The notes under the pieces: model-generated | The model's input: only the letters and a program-made list of their open reading frames with translations | What the model was told of the DNA's origin: nothing | Databases searched by the model: none | In this document: positions 50,870 through 61,450 of the stretch, in pieces | How positions within the stretch are numbered: the first letter of the stretch is position 1 | How the letters are laid out: every line of letters starts with the position of its first letter | Program-made: the position numbers and the translations under genes | Assembly: GCA_963731925.1 (NCBI GenBank) | Contig: CAVSXK010000024.1 | Coordinates: 236,624 to 300,623, forward strand | Direction of reading: 5' to 3' | DNA length: 64,000 nt | Source of the DNA: an uncultured Actinomycetes bacterium | Lineage (GTDB): Bacteria; Actinomycetota; UBA4738; HRBIN12

Positions 50870-52198
50870 CAGCTGGCGAACATCGCCTGCAGGACCGGGT
50901 CCGGCACCAGCGAGGTCCCGGAAACCGCCTCGTTCACACGGTTGGGATCGCAGTCCGCCGCCGTCACCTGCCGCATGACGTGTGGCACGACGACCTCAGC
51001 CGGGATCTCGGCGCCCTGGAGCGACATCATCGCCGCCGTGACGCCGACCCGTGACTGGAAGTTGCCACCGGCCGAGTACCAGATGTTGTAGGTCGGCTCG
51101 CCGCGCTCGGCCCAGTCGCAGAACAGGTTCTGCTCGTCGGTGCGCAACGCGAGGGTCAGGTTCTTCACCGGTATGCCCAGATCCTCGTACGTCTGCAATC
51201 CGATGTACATGCCGTCGGCGTACTCGTACGCCCAACCCTTGATGTCCGGGTCGGTCGTCAGCAACCCCTGGAAGACGCCGGGGATCGCCGGGGGATACCA
51301 ACTGGTGTCACCGGTCGTGCTGTTCCGAGTTGGCCGGCGGGTTGACCAGATTGATCCCGTCCGCGAGCCCGGAGATGGCACACTGCTGCCAGCCCAGGGA
51401 CAGGGCGTTGCCCGGGGTTCCGCCGAGGAGCGCCACCTCCCCGGTGCCGACGCCGTCGTCCAGGACCTCCGCGAAGCTGTTGCCCGAGGGCACACAGGTC
51501 CTCGCCGACGACGGTCAGATAGTCCTCACCGGGAACGAGGGCCCCTTCCTGACCGGGCAGACCGACCCAGCCTGCCGAGAACGGGACGTACGGGATGCCC
51601 GCGTCGTCGGCTTCCTTGATGGCATCGGCGATGGCCACACCCATGTCGGGATAGCCGACGATGAAGTCGACTCCGCGCTGGATCAGGAACCGGATGTCGT
51701 TGGCGTGGACGGCCGGATCGGGGTTGAAATCGGCCTCGGTGGAGACGATGGTCCCGATCTCCGGGTAGGTGAGTGCCTGGAGGATCGCCTCCATGTGGCT
51801 CACCGCACGCCAGACGTTCACCGTGTCTCCGCCGCCGTCGGCGTAGCCCATCACCACTTCGCCACCGGTTCCCGTGTCACACTCCTTGCTGCTCCAACAC
51901 TCCATCGCCTTGTCGATGGTGGCTTGATCGAGATCCTGGTCGGCCCGCGCGACGGAAGCCAGGATGATGTTCCAGCTCGCCTCATCCGACGGCTCCACGG
52001 GGCCCAGGGCCTTCTCCACCAGCGCCGGGTCGGCATCGGTGCTCTCCCCGAACTCCGCGAGCGCCCCGGTGGCGCCGGTGGCGGTGCTCACCTGTCGGTG
52101 GCTCCGGTGGCCGTCGTCTCGTCGTCGTCGTCACCGCCACACGCCGCTGCCACCAACGCGAGCGCCGCGATGACTGCGGCGATCCTGATCCGTTGCAT
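50869..52198 (-). CDS. ABC substrate-binding lipoprotein (periplasmic binding protein type I, frameshifted)
   Basis: MQRIRIAAVIAALALVAAAC lipobox, GGAGGA RBS; DIRFLIQRGVDFIVGYPD, AIKEADDAGIPYV. Confidence 0.78.
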
Positions 52199-52276
52199 GT
52201 TCCTCCTCCCTGAGTCGATCTCCTCTTGTCACGGATCGGTGTCTACGTCACATAGGCGCCTCCTTCGTCACATCGA

Positions 52277-53320
52277 TCACCTCGGACCGGGGACGGGTTG
52301 CGTCTGCGAGTCGTCCGGGCGTCTCCGCTCTCGAAGGAGCTGCTCGACGCCGCGGATGATCCGATCGCCCGAAACGAGCATCCCTCCGATGATGACGAGA
52401 CCGAACACCACGAACTGGAGCGAGGTGGGGAGCCCCATCACCCGCAGCATCTGGTTGAGACCGGTGAGGAACAGAGCGGCCACGAACGTGGACAACGGGC
52501 TGGCCAGGCCCCCGGTGAGGGAAGCGCCACCGATCACCACGGCCGCGATCGGGCCCAGGAGATACGTCGTGCCGACGGCGACTCCCGGGTTGCGGAGAAG
52601 CCCCGCCAGCGCCATTCCGGCGATGGCGTAGAAGATCGCGGCCACCACGTAGACCAGGATCTGGTTCAGGTTCACCCGGACACCCACGACATGGGACGCG
52701 ACCGGGTTGGCCCCCACCGCCTGGAACCTGCGACCGACCGCCGTGTAGCGAAGGCCGACGATCAGGACGATCGTGAGCCCGACGCCGATCCAGAAGACGG
52801 GGCTGACACCGAAGATGCGGGTGGAGGTCCAGTCGGACAGACCCGGTCGGCACCCGGCTCTGGACCGGGAACGTGCTTCCATAGCGATTCACGACGCCGA
52901 TCACGATCAGACCCACCGCAAGGGTGGTGATGAGTGCGTTCAGTTTGAGCCCGCCGATCAGGATGCCGTTGACGAGTCCGATGACCGCGGCGACGGCGAT
53001 CGCGATGGCGATGGCGATCCAGATGTTCTCGTTCGATCCGTCCCCGACACCGACCATGATCACCGCCGCCAGGCTCATGGTGCCGGGGACGCTGAGGTCG
53101 ATCCCGCCGGTCATGATCACCAACATCTGGCCAAGAGCGGTGATGCCCAGGACCGCCCCGTAGGGAGCGATGGCGCGCACGGCGACACCGCTCAGGGTCG
53201 CGGGGGCCCAGATGGACGCCACGATGAGGAGGAGGAGCAGGGCGATGTACACGGGCATGTAGCGGGAAGCCACGACGAACGACGTGAGCGCGGGGGAGCG
53301 GGTCCGCGATCGCTGCTCAC
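52277..53320 (-). CDS. Sugar ABC transporter permease (frameshifted)
   Basis: GQMLVIMTGGIDLSV, GRRFQAVGANP, IAAVVIGGASLTGG. Confidence 0.85.
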
Positions 53321-54630
53321 CCGGTCACCTCCCGGTGCCGCGCCGACGATCGAGACCGGAGCCATCGGCCACGCGCTGTCGGGCCTCGGTAGCCAGGCTC
53401 CGCGCGCGCTGCACGTCCGCTTCGAGGACGCCCTCGCGCATGAGCGACACGTCCCCCGACGAACACCCAGTCGACGTTGGATGTGTCCATGCCCCAGACG
53501 ACCGCGCCGATCGGGTCGTTGATCGGGAAGACGTTCGGGCGGTCGGCCCGAAGCACGAGGACGTCGGCCTGCATCCCCAGCTCGAGTGAACCGGTCACGC
53601 CACCCAACCCCGCCACTCGGGCGCCGTCGGCCGTGGCGAAGCGGATCACGTTGCGCGTGCTCATCAGCTCGGGAAGGCCGCCCTTGCCCGGCCAGCTTGC
53701 GATCGAAGACCGTGGCGTGCTGCATCGAGATCGCCGCCCGCATCTGCGCGAACAGGTCGCCGGGCGCGACCCGCTCGTCGTCGACCGCGAGGCCCGGCCG
53801 CACGTCGTTGTCGATCAGGCTGCTGGATCGGCGGCGGTCCGAGAGCCGCCCGCCATCTCGCTCGACCGGCGCGATCGAGATCGCGGCGCCGGAGGCCGCG
53901 ATGGCATCGACGTCCGTCGTCGTCGAGCTGGGAGCCGTGGACGACGCGTGACGTCGTCACCGAGGAGCCCGCGCTCGGCCAGCTCGGAGATGGTGCCCGT
54001 TCGCAGCTTCGGCGTGGGCGTGGATGCGCAGGCCGAGCTCCCGGGCACGCGCCCATCGCCGGCGCGCGGCTCCGTCCCAGGCGACGGACCCGATGGGCGG
54101 TCGCTGCCGAACGCGATCGTCGTGGACGGGCCGGCCCGATGCCCGCAGGCGGACGGCCCGCGCGCTCGTCGCGCCCGGAGGCCGCGTCGACGAACACGGT
54201 GCGAAGGCCGGCGTCGGCGTGCGCCTGCAGCGCGGCGTCGGCGAGGTCGTCGTCCGGCCCCCGTTGAGGACCAGTCGACGACGGTGGTGATGCCGGCTTC
54301 GGCGGCGCCGAGCAACCCGATGAGGGTGGCGGCGTAGACGTCGTCGGCCGTAGAGCCGTTCGGGCCGCCGTCGGCCGGGTTGGCGTGCGCGTCCCGGCTC
54401 GCCCGCGTTGCGGAACAAGGACGTCCAGGCGTGTCGGTGGGTGTCGACGAAGCCCGGCATGACGATCGTGTCGGTGGCGTCCACCTGCTCGGCGTCGCGG
54501 GCGCGCAGGCCGGTGACCGACCTCGGCGACCACGTCTCCGTCGATGAGGACGTCGGCCTGCTTGTGATTGGGGGTCCGCTGCGCCGAGCGTGAGGACGCA
54601 CCCGCCGGCGAGCAGGACCTTGGAGGTCAC
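53317..54630 (-). CDS. Amidohydrolase family protein (heavily frameshifted; possibly pseudogene)
   Basis: KVLLAGGCVLTLG, MPGFVDTHRHAW, AAEAGITTVVDW, GDLFAQMR, DPIGAVVWGMDTSNVDWV; paralog of the fused amidohydrolase. Confidence 0.75.
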
Positions 54631-54885
54631 GTGCGGTCCTCGCGCATCGTCCACGCTCCGGGCGGAGCCGCGGCCGACGACGGGGTCCGCGAGATCTCTC
54701 CCCCGGCCGCTCTCGAACACACGCCTGATCCGAGCGCCCCTCCACCGTTCAGGGACACTACACATGTTGTCTCGGAAGCGCTAGGGGCACGGCACGGCGT
54801 CCGGCAGAGATGCAGCCGCCACTGGTGTGTGCATATCATTCACCCTTAACGACTCACCGCGACGCGGACCGAACGGAGGCCAGGG

Positions 54886-56142
54886 ATGACGGACGAGTTC
54901 CCGGTCGCGACCACGCCCTCACCGGGGCTGCACGGTGTCGACTGGGAGAACCGTGTCGACTTCGCCCGGCTCCGCGACTACCGCTTGGCCCGGGTCAGGG
55001 AGCAGCTGGATGCCTCGGACCTGGGTGCGATCCTCCTGTTCGAGACCAGCAACATCCGCTACGCCACCTCGACCCACATCGGGTACTGGGCGTTCAACAA
55101 GGGCGAGCGGTACGCGCTGGTCACGAGGTCGGGTCCGCCGCGCATCTGGGACTTCGGATCGGCCGCGAAGGCGCACCGACTGCAGCTCCCGCAGTGGTAC
55201 GACGAGACCAACTCGGTCGGAGGCAACACCGGCCTGCAGGGGGCGATCTCGCCGGCCGTCGGGCTCCAGCGCCGCGCCGCCGAAGAGCTCCGCTCGGTGC
55301 TGAAGGAGGACGGGGTCGGCGACATGCCACTCGGCGTCGACCTCGCCGAGACCTCGGTGTTCCTCGAGCTCCAGCGCGCCGGCATCGACGTCCGCGACGG
55401 ACAGCAGGTCATGATGCTCGCCCGCGAGATCAAGAGCCAGGACGAGATCACGCTCCTCACCCAGGCGTGCGCGATGGTCGACGGCGTCTACCAAGACATC
55501 TTCGAGTTCCTGAAGCCCGGCGTTCGCGAGAGCCAGGTCGTGGCGCTCGCGCACGCGCGACTGTTCGAGATGGGCTCCGAGTTCGTCGAGGCGATCAACT
55601 CGATCGCGGGCGAGCGCTGCAGCCCGCACCCGCACGTGTTCTCGGACCGGCTGATCCGTCCGGGCGATCAGGCGTACTTCGACATCATCCACGTGAACAA
55701 CGGCTACCGGACCTGCTACTACCGCACGTTCGTGGTCGGGCGAGCGACCCAGGCGCAACGGGACGCGTTCGCGCGGTCGCGCGAATGGATGGACGCCGCG
55801 ATCGACCTCGTGAAGCCCGGCAACACCACCGATCAGCTCGCGGCGGTGTGGCCCAAGGCCGAGGAGTTCGGGTTCCAAGACGAGTTCGACGCGTTCGGGC
55901 TGCAGTTCGGGCACGGGGTCGGCGTCGGCCTGCACGAACGGCCGATCATCAGCCGCCTGAACTCGTTCGACGAGCCGATCGAGCTCAAGGAGGGGATGCT
56001 CTTCGCCCTCGAGACCTACTGCCCGGCGACGGACGGACGATCGGCCGCCCGGATCGAGGAGGAGATCGTCGTCACGGCCGCGGGCCCGCAGATCATCACG
56101 CTCTTCCCGTGCGAAGAGCTCATGGTCGCCAACGAGTACTGA
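54886..56142 (+). CDS. M24 (Xaa-Pro peptidase/creatinase fold) enzyme
   Basis: NIRYATS, REIKSQDEI, FGHGVG, FALETY, ARIEEE. Confidence 0.88.
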   Translation: MTDEFPVATTPSPGLHGVDWENRVDFARLRDYRLARVREQLDASDLGAILLFETSNIRYATSTHIGYWAFNKGERYALVTRSGPPRIWDFGSAAKAHRLQLPQWYDETNSVGGNTGLQGAISPAVGLQRRAAEELRSVLKEDGVGDMPLGVDLAETSVFLELQRAGIDVRDGQQVMMLAREIKSQDEITLLTQACAMVDGVYQDIFEFLKPGVRESQVVALAHARLFEMGSEFVEAINSIAGERCSPHPHVFSDRLIRPGDQAYFDIIHVNNGYRTCYYRTFVVGRATQAQRDAFARSREWMDAAIDLVKPGNTTDQLAAVWPKAEEFGFQDEFDAFGLQFGHGVGVGLHERPIISRLNSFDEPIELKEGMLFALETYCPATDGRSAARIEEEIVVTAAGPQIITLFPCEELMVANEY

Positions 56143-56155
56143 TCGAGGATCTCGA

Positions 56156-57157
56156 GTGACCAAGGCGTCTCCACCGATAGCCGACGAGACGGTTCGCCTC
56201 GGGATGTACCGGATGATGCAGGAGGCCCGCCTGTTCGAGAAGCGGGCGCAGGACCTGTTCCTCGAGGGGCTCATCAAGGGCACGTCGCATCTGGCGCTCG
56301 GGCAGGAGGCGGTCGCGGCGGGGTTCGCCGCGGCGCTCCGGCCCGAGGATCTCGTCTTCTGTACCTACCGCGGCCACGTGCACACGCTGCTCCGCGGCGC
56401 GCCGATGAGCGCCCTCATGGCGGAGCTGATGGGCAGGGCGAGCGGGATCTGCGGCGGCAAGGGCGGATCGATGCACCTCACCGACGTCTCGCACGGCGCG
56501 ATGGGCTCCTACGCGATCGTCGGGGCGCACATGCCGATCGCGGCCGGGGCGGCGTGGGCGGCGATGGAGCGGGGCACCGGGCAGGTCGTCGTGTGCTTCT
56601 TCGGGGACGGGACCACGAACATCGGCGCGTTCCACGAAGCGCTGAACATGGCCGTCGTCTGGCGGCTCCCCGTCGTGTACGTCTGCGAGAACAACCTCTA
56701 CATGGAGTACACGCCGATCGGGGAGGTGACGGCGGTCGCCAACCCCGCCGCCGACCGGGCGTCGGCCTACGGGCTCGAGTCCATCCTCGTGGACGGGAAC
56801 GACGTGGACGAGGTGTACGAGACGGCCACACGCCTCGTCGATCGGGCGCGAGAGGGCGGCGGCCCCGCCCTGGTGGAGGCGAAGACCTATCGACACGGAG
56901 GGCATTCGCGGGCCGACCCCGCCAAGTACCGCCCCGACGACGAGGTGAAGGCGTGGCTGGATCGAGACCCGATCCCCACCTATCGCGAGCGCCTGCTCGC
57001 CTCCGGGGTCGAGGCCGCCGACATCGACCGGGTCGAACGCGATGCACTCGAGCTGGTCGACCGGGCGACCGAGGAAGCGAAGGCGGGACCCTTCCCGAGT
57101 CCCGACGCGCTGGAGACCGAGCTCTGGGCCGACGGGGGGTCCTCGTGGCGGAGCTGA
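56156..57157 (+). CDS. TPP-dependent dehydrogenase E1 alpha subunit
   Basis: HLALGQEA, YRGH, GKGGSMH, GDGTTNIGAFHE..ENN, YRHGGHS. Confidence 0.92.
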   Translation: MTKASPPIADETVRLGMYRMMQEARLFEKRAQDLFLEGLIKGTSHLALGQEAVAAGFAAALRPEDLVFCTYRGHVHTLLRGAPMSALMAELMGRASGICGGKGGSMHLTDVSHGAMGSYAIVGAHMPIAAGAAWAAMERGTGQVVVCFFGDGTTNIGAFHEALNMAVVWRLPVVYVCENNLYMEYTPIGEVTAVANPAADRASAYGLESILVDGNDVDEVYETATRLVDRAREGGGPALVEAKTYRHGGHSRADPAKYRPDDEVKAWLDRDPIPTYRERLLASGVEAADIDRVERDALELVDRATEEAKAGPFPSPDALETELWADGGSSWRS

Positions 57158-58119
57158 CGTACCGGGAGGCCGTGAGCCGGGCGATCGCCCAGGAGATGGA
57201 GCGCGATCCGAGCGTGTACTTCATCGGGGAGGACGTCGCGGCCGCCGGTGGTGTCTTCAAGACGACCGAGGGCCTGCTCGAGCGCTTCGGCCCGAGCCGC
57301 GTCCGGGATACGCCGATCTCCGAGCAGGCGATCATCGGTGCCGTCATGGGCGCGGCCATGAACGGGCTGCGACCCGTGGCCGAGCTGATGTTCAGCGACT
57401 TCTTCGCCGTCTGTTGGGACCTCATCGCGAACCAGATCGCGAAGACCCGGTACATGACCAACGGGCAGGTGGCGTTGCCGCTCGTCATCCGCACGGCGAA
57501 CGGGGGCGGGGTCCGCTTCGGGGCGCAGCACTCGCAGAGCGTCGAGGGCTGGGCCATGGCGATCCCCGGGCTCAAGGTCGTGGTGCCGTCGACGCCGGTG
57601 GACATGATCGGGCTCTTCGCGGCCGCCGTCCGCGATCCCGACCCGGTCATCGTGGTCGAACCCAAGGTGCTGTACGCGAGCAAGGGCGAGGTCCCCGACG
57701 GCGAGATCGTCGACCGCCTCGGCTCGGCCAACGTGGTGCGGACGGGCGATGACGTCACGATCTGCGCGCTCGGCGCGATGGTGCCCAAGGCGTTCGAGGC
57801 CGCCGAGCGGCTGGCGACGGACGGCATCGACGCCGAGGTGATCGACGTGCGGTCGCTGGTACCGCTGGACGTCACGACGATCCTGGACTCGGTGGCGAAG
57901 ACCGGACGCTTCGTCACCGTCGAGGAAAGCCCTCGCCTGTGCGGGTGGGGCGCGGAGGTCGCCTCGATCGTGGCCGAGGAGCGGTTCTTCGACCTGGACG
58001 GCCCGCTGGTGAGGATCACGACGCCGCACCTCCCGCTGCCCGCGGCCGACGCGCTCGAGGACCTCGCCATCCCGTCGGTGGACGCCATCGCCGAGCGGGT
58101 GCGAGGGACGATGGGCTGA
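57145..58119 (+). CDS. TPP-dependent dehydrogenase E1 beta subunit
   Basis: IGEDV..GGVF, RDTPISE, GAQHSQS, IPGLKVV. Confidence 0.92.
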   Translation: MAELTYREAVSRAIAQEMERDPSVYFIGEDVAAAGGVFKTTEGLLERFGPSRVRDTPISEQAIIGAVMGAAMNGLRPVAELMFSDFFAVCWDLIANQIAKTRYMTNGQVALPLVIRTANGGGVRFGAQHSQSVEGWAMAIPGLKVVVPSTPVDMIGLFAAAVRDPDPVIVVEPKVLYASKGEVPDGEIVDRLGSANVVRTGDDVTICALGAMVPKAFEAAERLATDGIDAEVIDVRSLVPLDVTTILDSVAKTGRFVTVEESPRLCGWGAEVASIVAEERFFDLDGPLVRITTPHLPLPAADALEDLAIPSVDAIAERVRGTMG

Positions 58120-59030
58120 TGGCGCGTCACGCCGTTCGACCGCGGAGTGAGGCGACGTGGGGTGTGCCGACGAGCCTCGAGGGGCACACGGAGGGGTTCC
58201 GTCGCTGGACGGCGGTGGACGAGAGCGCCGGCGCCGTCCACACGGGGTTCGGGATCGCCGAGTTCGACCCGGGAGGTCGGCTCGACTGGCACGTCCATTC
58301 GTACGAGGAGAGCCTGTACGTCATCGAGGGTGAGATCACGCTCTTCACGTCGGAGACCGCCGTCCTCCTGCGGACCGGCGACTACGGGTTGCTCCCCGTC
58401 GGACAAGCGCACGCGCTCGCGAACAACGGCTCGGACGTCGCTCGAGTGGCGGCGCTGTCGGCGCCCCAGCCGCGGCCCGCCCACGGCGGCGACACGTACT
58501 TCGTCGCAGGGCTGCCCGAGCTCGAGCCCGTCATCGTGGACGCCAGGGACCCGCGGACGCGGGCGTTCGGGCACATCGACCCCGGGCACATGGACCCGGC
58601 CAAGCAGAGCCAGGAGCTCCTTGCCGCGTCGGCGAGCATGCGGACGGCTTTGCTCGTCTACAGCGGGATCACCGTGAAGATGATGATCGACTCGGACCTC
58701 GGCGCGCAGCTGTCGACGATGTTCATGGTGCAGTACGAGGGGCTGAAGGGCGTCATCGGCGGGCACGACCACCCGCTGGAGGAGACGTACCTCATCCTCG
58801 ACGGCGTGGTCGATGCCACGTTCGACGGCGAGCGGTACCGGCTCGAGCCGGGCGACGTCGCGTGGGCGGGCGTCGGATGCGTCCACGCCTTCGCGAACCC
58901 GGCCGAGGCGCCGGTCCGATGGCTCGAGACGCAGGCGCCGGCGCCGCCGGCCCGGCACTCGTACCGGTTCGAGCGCGACTGGCACTACCTGCGGGACGCG
59001 ATCGGGGCAGAGACGAAGGAGGTTCGATGA
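58119..59030 (+). CDS. Bicupin protein
   Basis: WHVHSYEESLYVIEG..QAH and GHDHPLEETYLILDG..CVH. Confidence 0.85.
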   Translation: MARHAVRPRSEATWGVPTSLEGHTEGFRRWTAVDESAGAVHTGFGIAEFDPGGRLDWHVHSYEESLYVIEGEITLFTSETAVLLRTGDYGLLPVGQAHALANNGSDVARVAALSAPQPRPAHGGDTYFVAGLPELEPVIVDARDPRTRAFGHIDPGHMDPAKQSQELLAASASMRTALLVYSGITVKMMIDSDLGAQLSTMFMVQYEGLKGVIGGHDHPLEETYLILDGVVDATFDGERYRLEPGDVAWAGVGCVHAFANPAEAPVRWLETQAPAPPARHSYRFERDWHYLRDAIGAETKEVR

Positions 59031-59728
59031 CGGACGGTGCGGTGGTGGTGGTCGGCGGGACGTCCGGTCTGGGCAAGGAGGTGGCGCGCCATTACGTCCA
59101 GGCCGACCGCGAAGTGGTGATCACCGGGCGCGACCCGACCCGAGGGAGCTCGGTCGCCGCGGAGCTCGGCGGGAAGACCACGGAGCTCGCGTTCGACCTG
59201 TCGGTGCCGAAGGAGATCGCACCCGCGCTCGAAGGGGTGGGCGATGTGAGCCGCCTGGTCCTGGCCGGGGTCCACCGCGACCTCAACACGATGCGCGAAT
59301 ACGACGTCGACGCGGCGGTCGCCCTGGTGACCCTGAAGCTCGTCGGCTACACCGAGGTCGTGCACGCACTGCTCGATCGCCTGCACGACGACTCGTCGAT
59401 CCTGATCTTCGGCGGTCTCGCCAAGGAGCGTCCGTACCCCGGCTCCATGACCGTGACGACCATCAACCACGGCGTGGACGGCCTCGTCCGCTCGCTCACG
59501 TCCGAGCTCAAGCCGATCCGGGTGAACGCGCTCCACCCAGGGATCGTCGAGGACTCGCCGTTCTGGGCGGGCAAGACCGAGGCCCTCGACGCCCACCGGG
59601 CCAGGACGACGACCGGACGCCTGGTGCAGATGCAGGACGTCGTAGACGTGGCGATCCTGATGCTCGAGAACCCCTCGATCGCCGGCGCCGAGTTCCGGGT
59701 TGATTCCGGTTGGTCGATCCCGTTCTGA
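59027..59728 (+). CDS. SDR family oxidoreductase (atypical active site)
   Basis: VVGGTSGLG, IRVNALHPG; no YxxxK. Confidence 0.85.
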   Translation: MTDGAVVVVGGTSGLGKEVARHYVQADREVVITGRDPTRGSSVAAELGGKTTELAFDLSVPKEIAPALEGVGDVSRLVLAGVHRDLNTMREYDVDAAVALVTLKLVGYTEVVHALLDRLHDDSSILIFGGLAKERPYPGSMTVTTINHGVDGLVRSLTSELKPIRVNALHPGIVEDSPFWAGKTEALDAHRARTTTGRLVQMQDVVDVAILMLENPSIAGAEFRVDSGWSIPF

Positions 59729-59732
59729 GGCC

Positions 59733-60632
59733 GTGAGCCGATCGGACCCCGTCCCGACGGTCGCCGTCCTCGGTACCGGGCGGATGGGCGGCGCCATGGT
59801 CGGCACGCTCCGCCGGGCCGGCTTCGACGTCGTCGCCTGGAACCGCGACCGTGGGAAGTGCCACGCGGTCGCCCACACGTCGGGTGCCGAGGTCGCCGAG
59901 GGCGCCGCCGAGGCCGCGTCCGCGGCGGACGTGGCGATCACGAGCCTCGCCGACGATGCGGCCGTCGAGGCCGTCTACGCGGACGCGGTCGAGGGATTCC
60001 ACGCCGGGCAGGTCGTCCTCGAGATGAGCACGATCGCGCCGGAGACCGTTCGCAAGGTCGCACGGTCCGTGCAGGGACGCGGCGCCACCATGCTCGACGC
60101 TCCCGTTTCGGGCAGCGTCCCCGTCGTCGAGCGAGGTGAGCTCCTGATCATGGTCGGCGGTGACCCCGACGCGCTCGAGCGCGCCCGCCCGGTGCTCGAG
60201 GCGCTGTCCTCCACGATCATCCATGTCGGCGAGCTCGGGACCGGCGCGACGATGAAGCTCGCGGTCAACGCGCTCGTCCACGGGCTCGCCGTGGCGCTCT
60301 CGGAATCGCTCGTGCTGGCCGAGCGCGCAGGCGTAGAACGGACGACCGCATACGAGGTCTTCGCGTCGGGCGCCGCGGCGGCGCCGTTCGTCCTGTACAA
60401 GCGGGCGGCGTTCGAGCGGCCGGATGAGACGCCCGTCGCGTTCAGTCTCGAGCTCGTCGCCAAGGATCTGGACCTGATCCTCGCGCTCGCCCAGAGGGTG
60501 GGTGCGCCGATGCCGCAGGCGGACACCAACCGGGATGAGGTGCGCTCGGCGCTTGCCGCCGGGATGGGCAAGCGCGACATGAGCGCCCTGGCCGGATACC
60601 TCCGAGGGATCGAACGATCTGACCGAAGCTGA
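59733..60632 (+). CDS. NAD(P)-dependent beta-hydroxyacid dehydrogenase (3-hydroxyisobutyrate dehydrogenase family)
   Basis: LGTGRMG, WNR, MSTIAP, DAPVSGS, MKLAVN, KDL. Confidence 0.88.
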   Translation: MSRSDPVPTVAVLGTGRMGGAMVGTLRRAGFDVVAWNRDRGKCHAVAHTSGAEVAEGAAEAASAADVAITSLADDAAVEAVYADAVEGFHAGQVVLEMSTIAPETVRKVARSVQGRGATMLDAPVSGSVPVVERGELLIMVGGDPDALERARPVLEALSSTIIHVGELGTGATMKLAVNALVHGLAVALSESLVLAERAGVERTTAYEVFASGAAAAPFVLYKRAAFERPDETPVAFSLELVAKDLDLILALAQRVGAPMPQADTNRDEVRSALAAGMGKRDMSALAGYLRGIERSDRS

Positions 60633-60667
60633 CGGGCCCGACGGCGAGCATCGGAGGTTCGTAGGGG

Positions 60668-61450
60668 CTACGCGGGGACCAGCGACCCTCGCTTGCCGCG
60701 GATGCGCCGATCCACGACGGAGAACCCGTAGTCGATCGCCAGGCCGATCACCACGATCACGCCCATCACCGCGATGATCAGCGAGATGTCCTGCGCCGAG
60801 GCCTCCAGGAGGTGGCCGAGCCCGCGAGCGGCGCCGACCCGGATGATCTCGGCCGCCAGCAGGGCGCGCCAGGCGACCGCCCAGGCCTGCTGCAGGCCGG
60901 TCCAGTAGCCGGGCACGCAGGCGGGGAGCACGACCGTCCGCTGCAACGTCCATCCCTTGGCCCCCATCGTTCGCGCCGCTCGCGTGAGCGTGGGCGGCAC
61001 CTGCCGGATCGAGATGGCCGTCGCGATCGCGACCGCGGGCACCCCTCCGATGAACACGACGAACATGACCGCGCGCTCGGAGAAGTCGAACCACACGATC
61101 GCGAGCGGCAGCCAGGCGATGGAGGGCAGGGCCTGGAGCGCCGTCATCAGCGTGCCGATGCTCCGCTGCACGGCTACCGACGCGACCATCGCGAACCCGA
61201 TCAGCGTCCCCACGACCACGGCCACGCTCAGGCCGAACGCGAGCCGGATGAGGCTCCCTCGGGCCGCGGGCAGCAGGCCGTCTTCCCCCGTCAGGTTCGA
61301 GGTGAACGCGTTCCACACGTCGGCGGGCGACGGGAGCTTGCCCGGGTCGATCAGGCCGGTCTCGTAGACGGCCCACCACACCAGGAGGATCGCGCCGACC
61401 AGCGCGGCCCTAGGCCAGACCTGGTCGAAGACCCTCTTCGCGCGCGGCAC
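60668..61450 (-). CDS. NitT/TauT/SsuC-type ABC permease
   Basis: LPSIAWLPLAIVWF, AARTMGA, WRALLAAE. Confidence 0.88.
   Translation of the reverse strand: MPRAKRVFDQVWPRAALVGAILLVWWAVYETGLIDPGKLPSPADVWNAFTSNLTGEDGLLPAARGSLIRLAFGLSVAVVVGTLIGFAMVASVAVQRSIGTLMTALQALPSIAWLPLAIVWFDFSERAVMFVVFIGGVPAVAIATAISIRQVPPTLTRAARTMGAKGWTLQRTVVLPACVPGYWTGLQQAWAVAWRALLAAEIIRVGAARGLGHLLEASAQDISLIIAVMGVIVVIGLAIDYGFSVVDRRIRGKRGSLVPA

Noticed and set aside
54886-56142. DMSP lyase DddP or ectoine hydrolase assignment
   Set aside because: Shares only the M24 fold; metal motif and gene context differ
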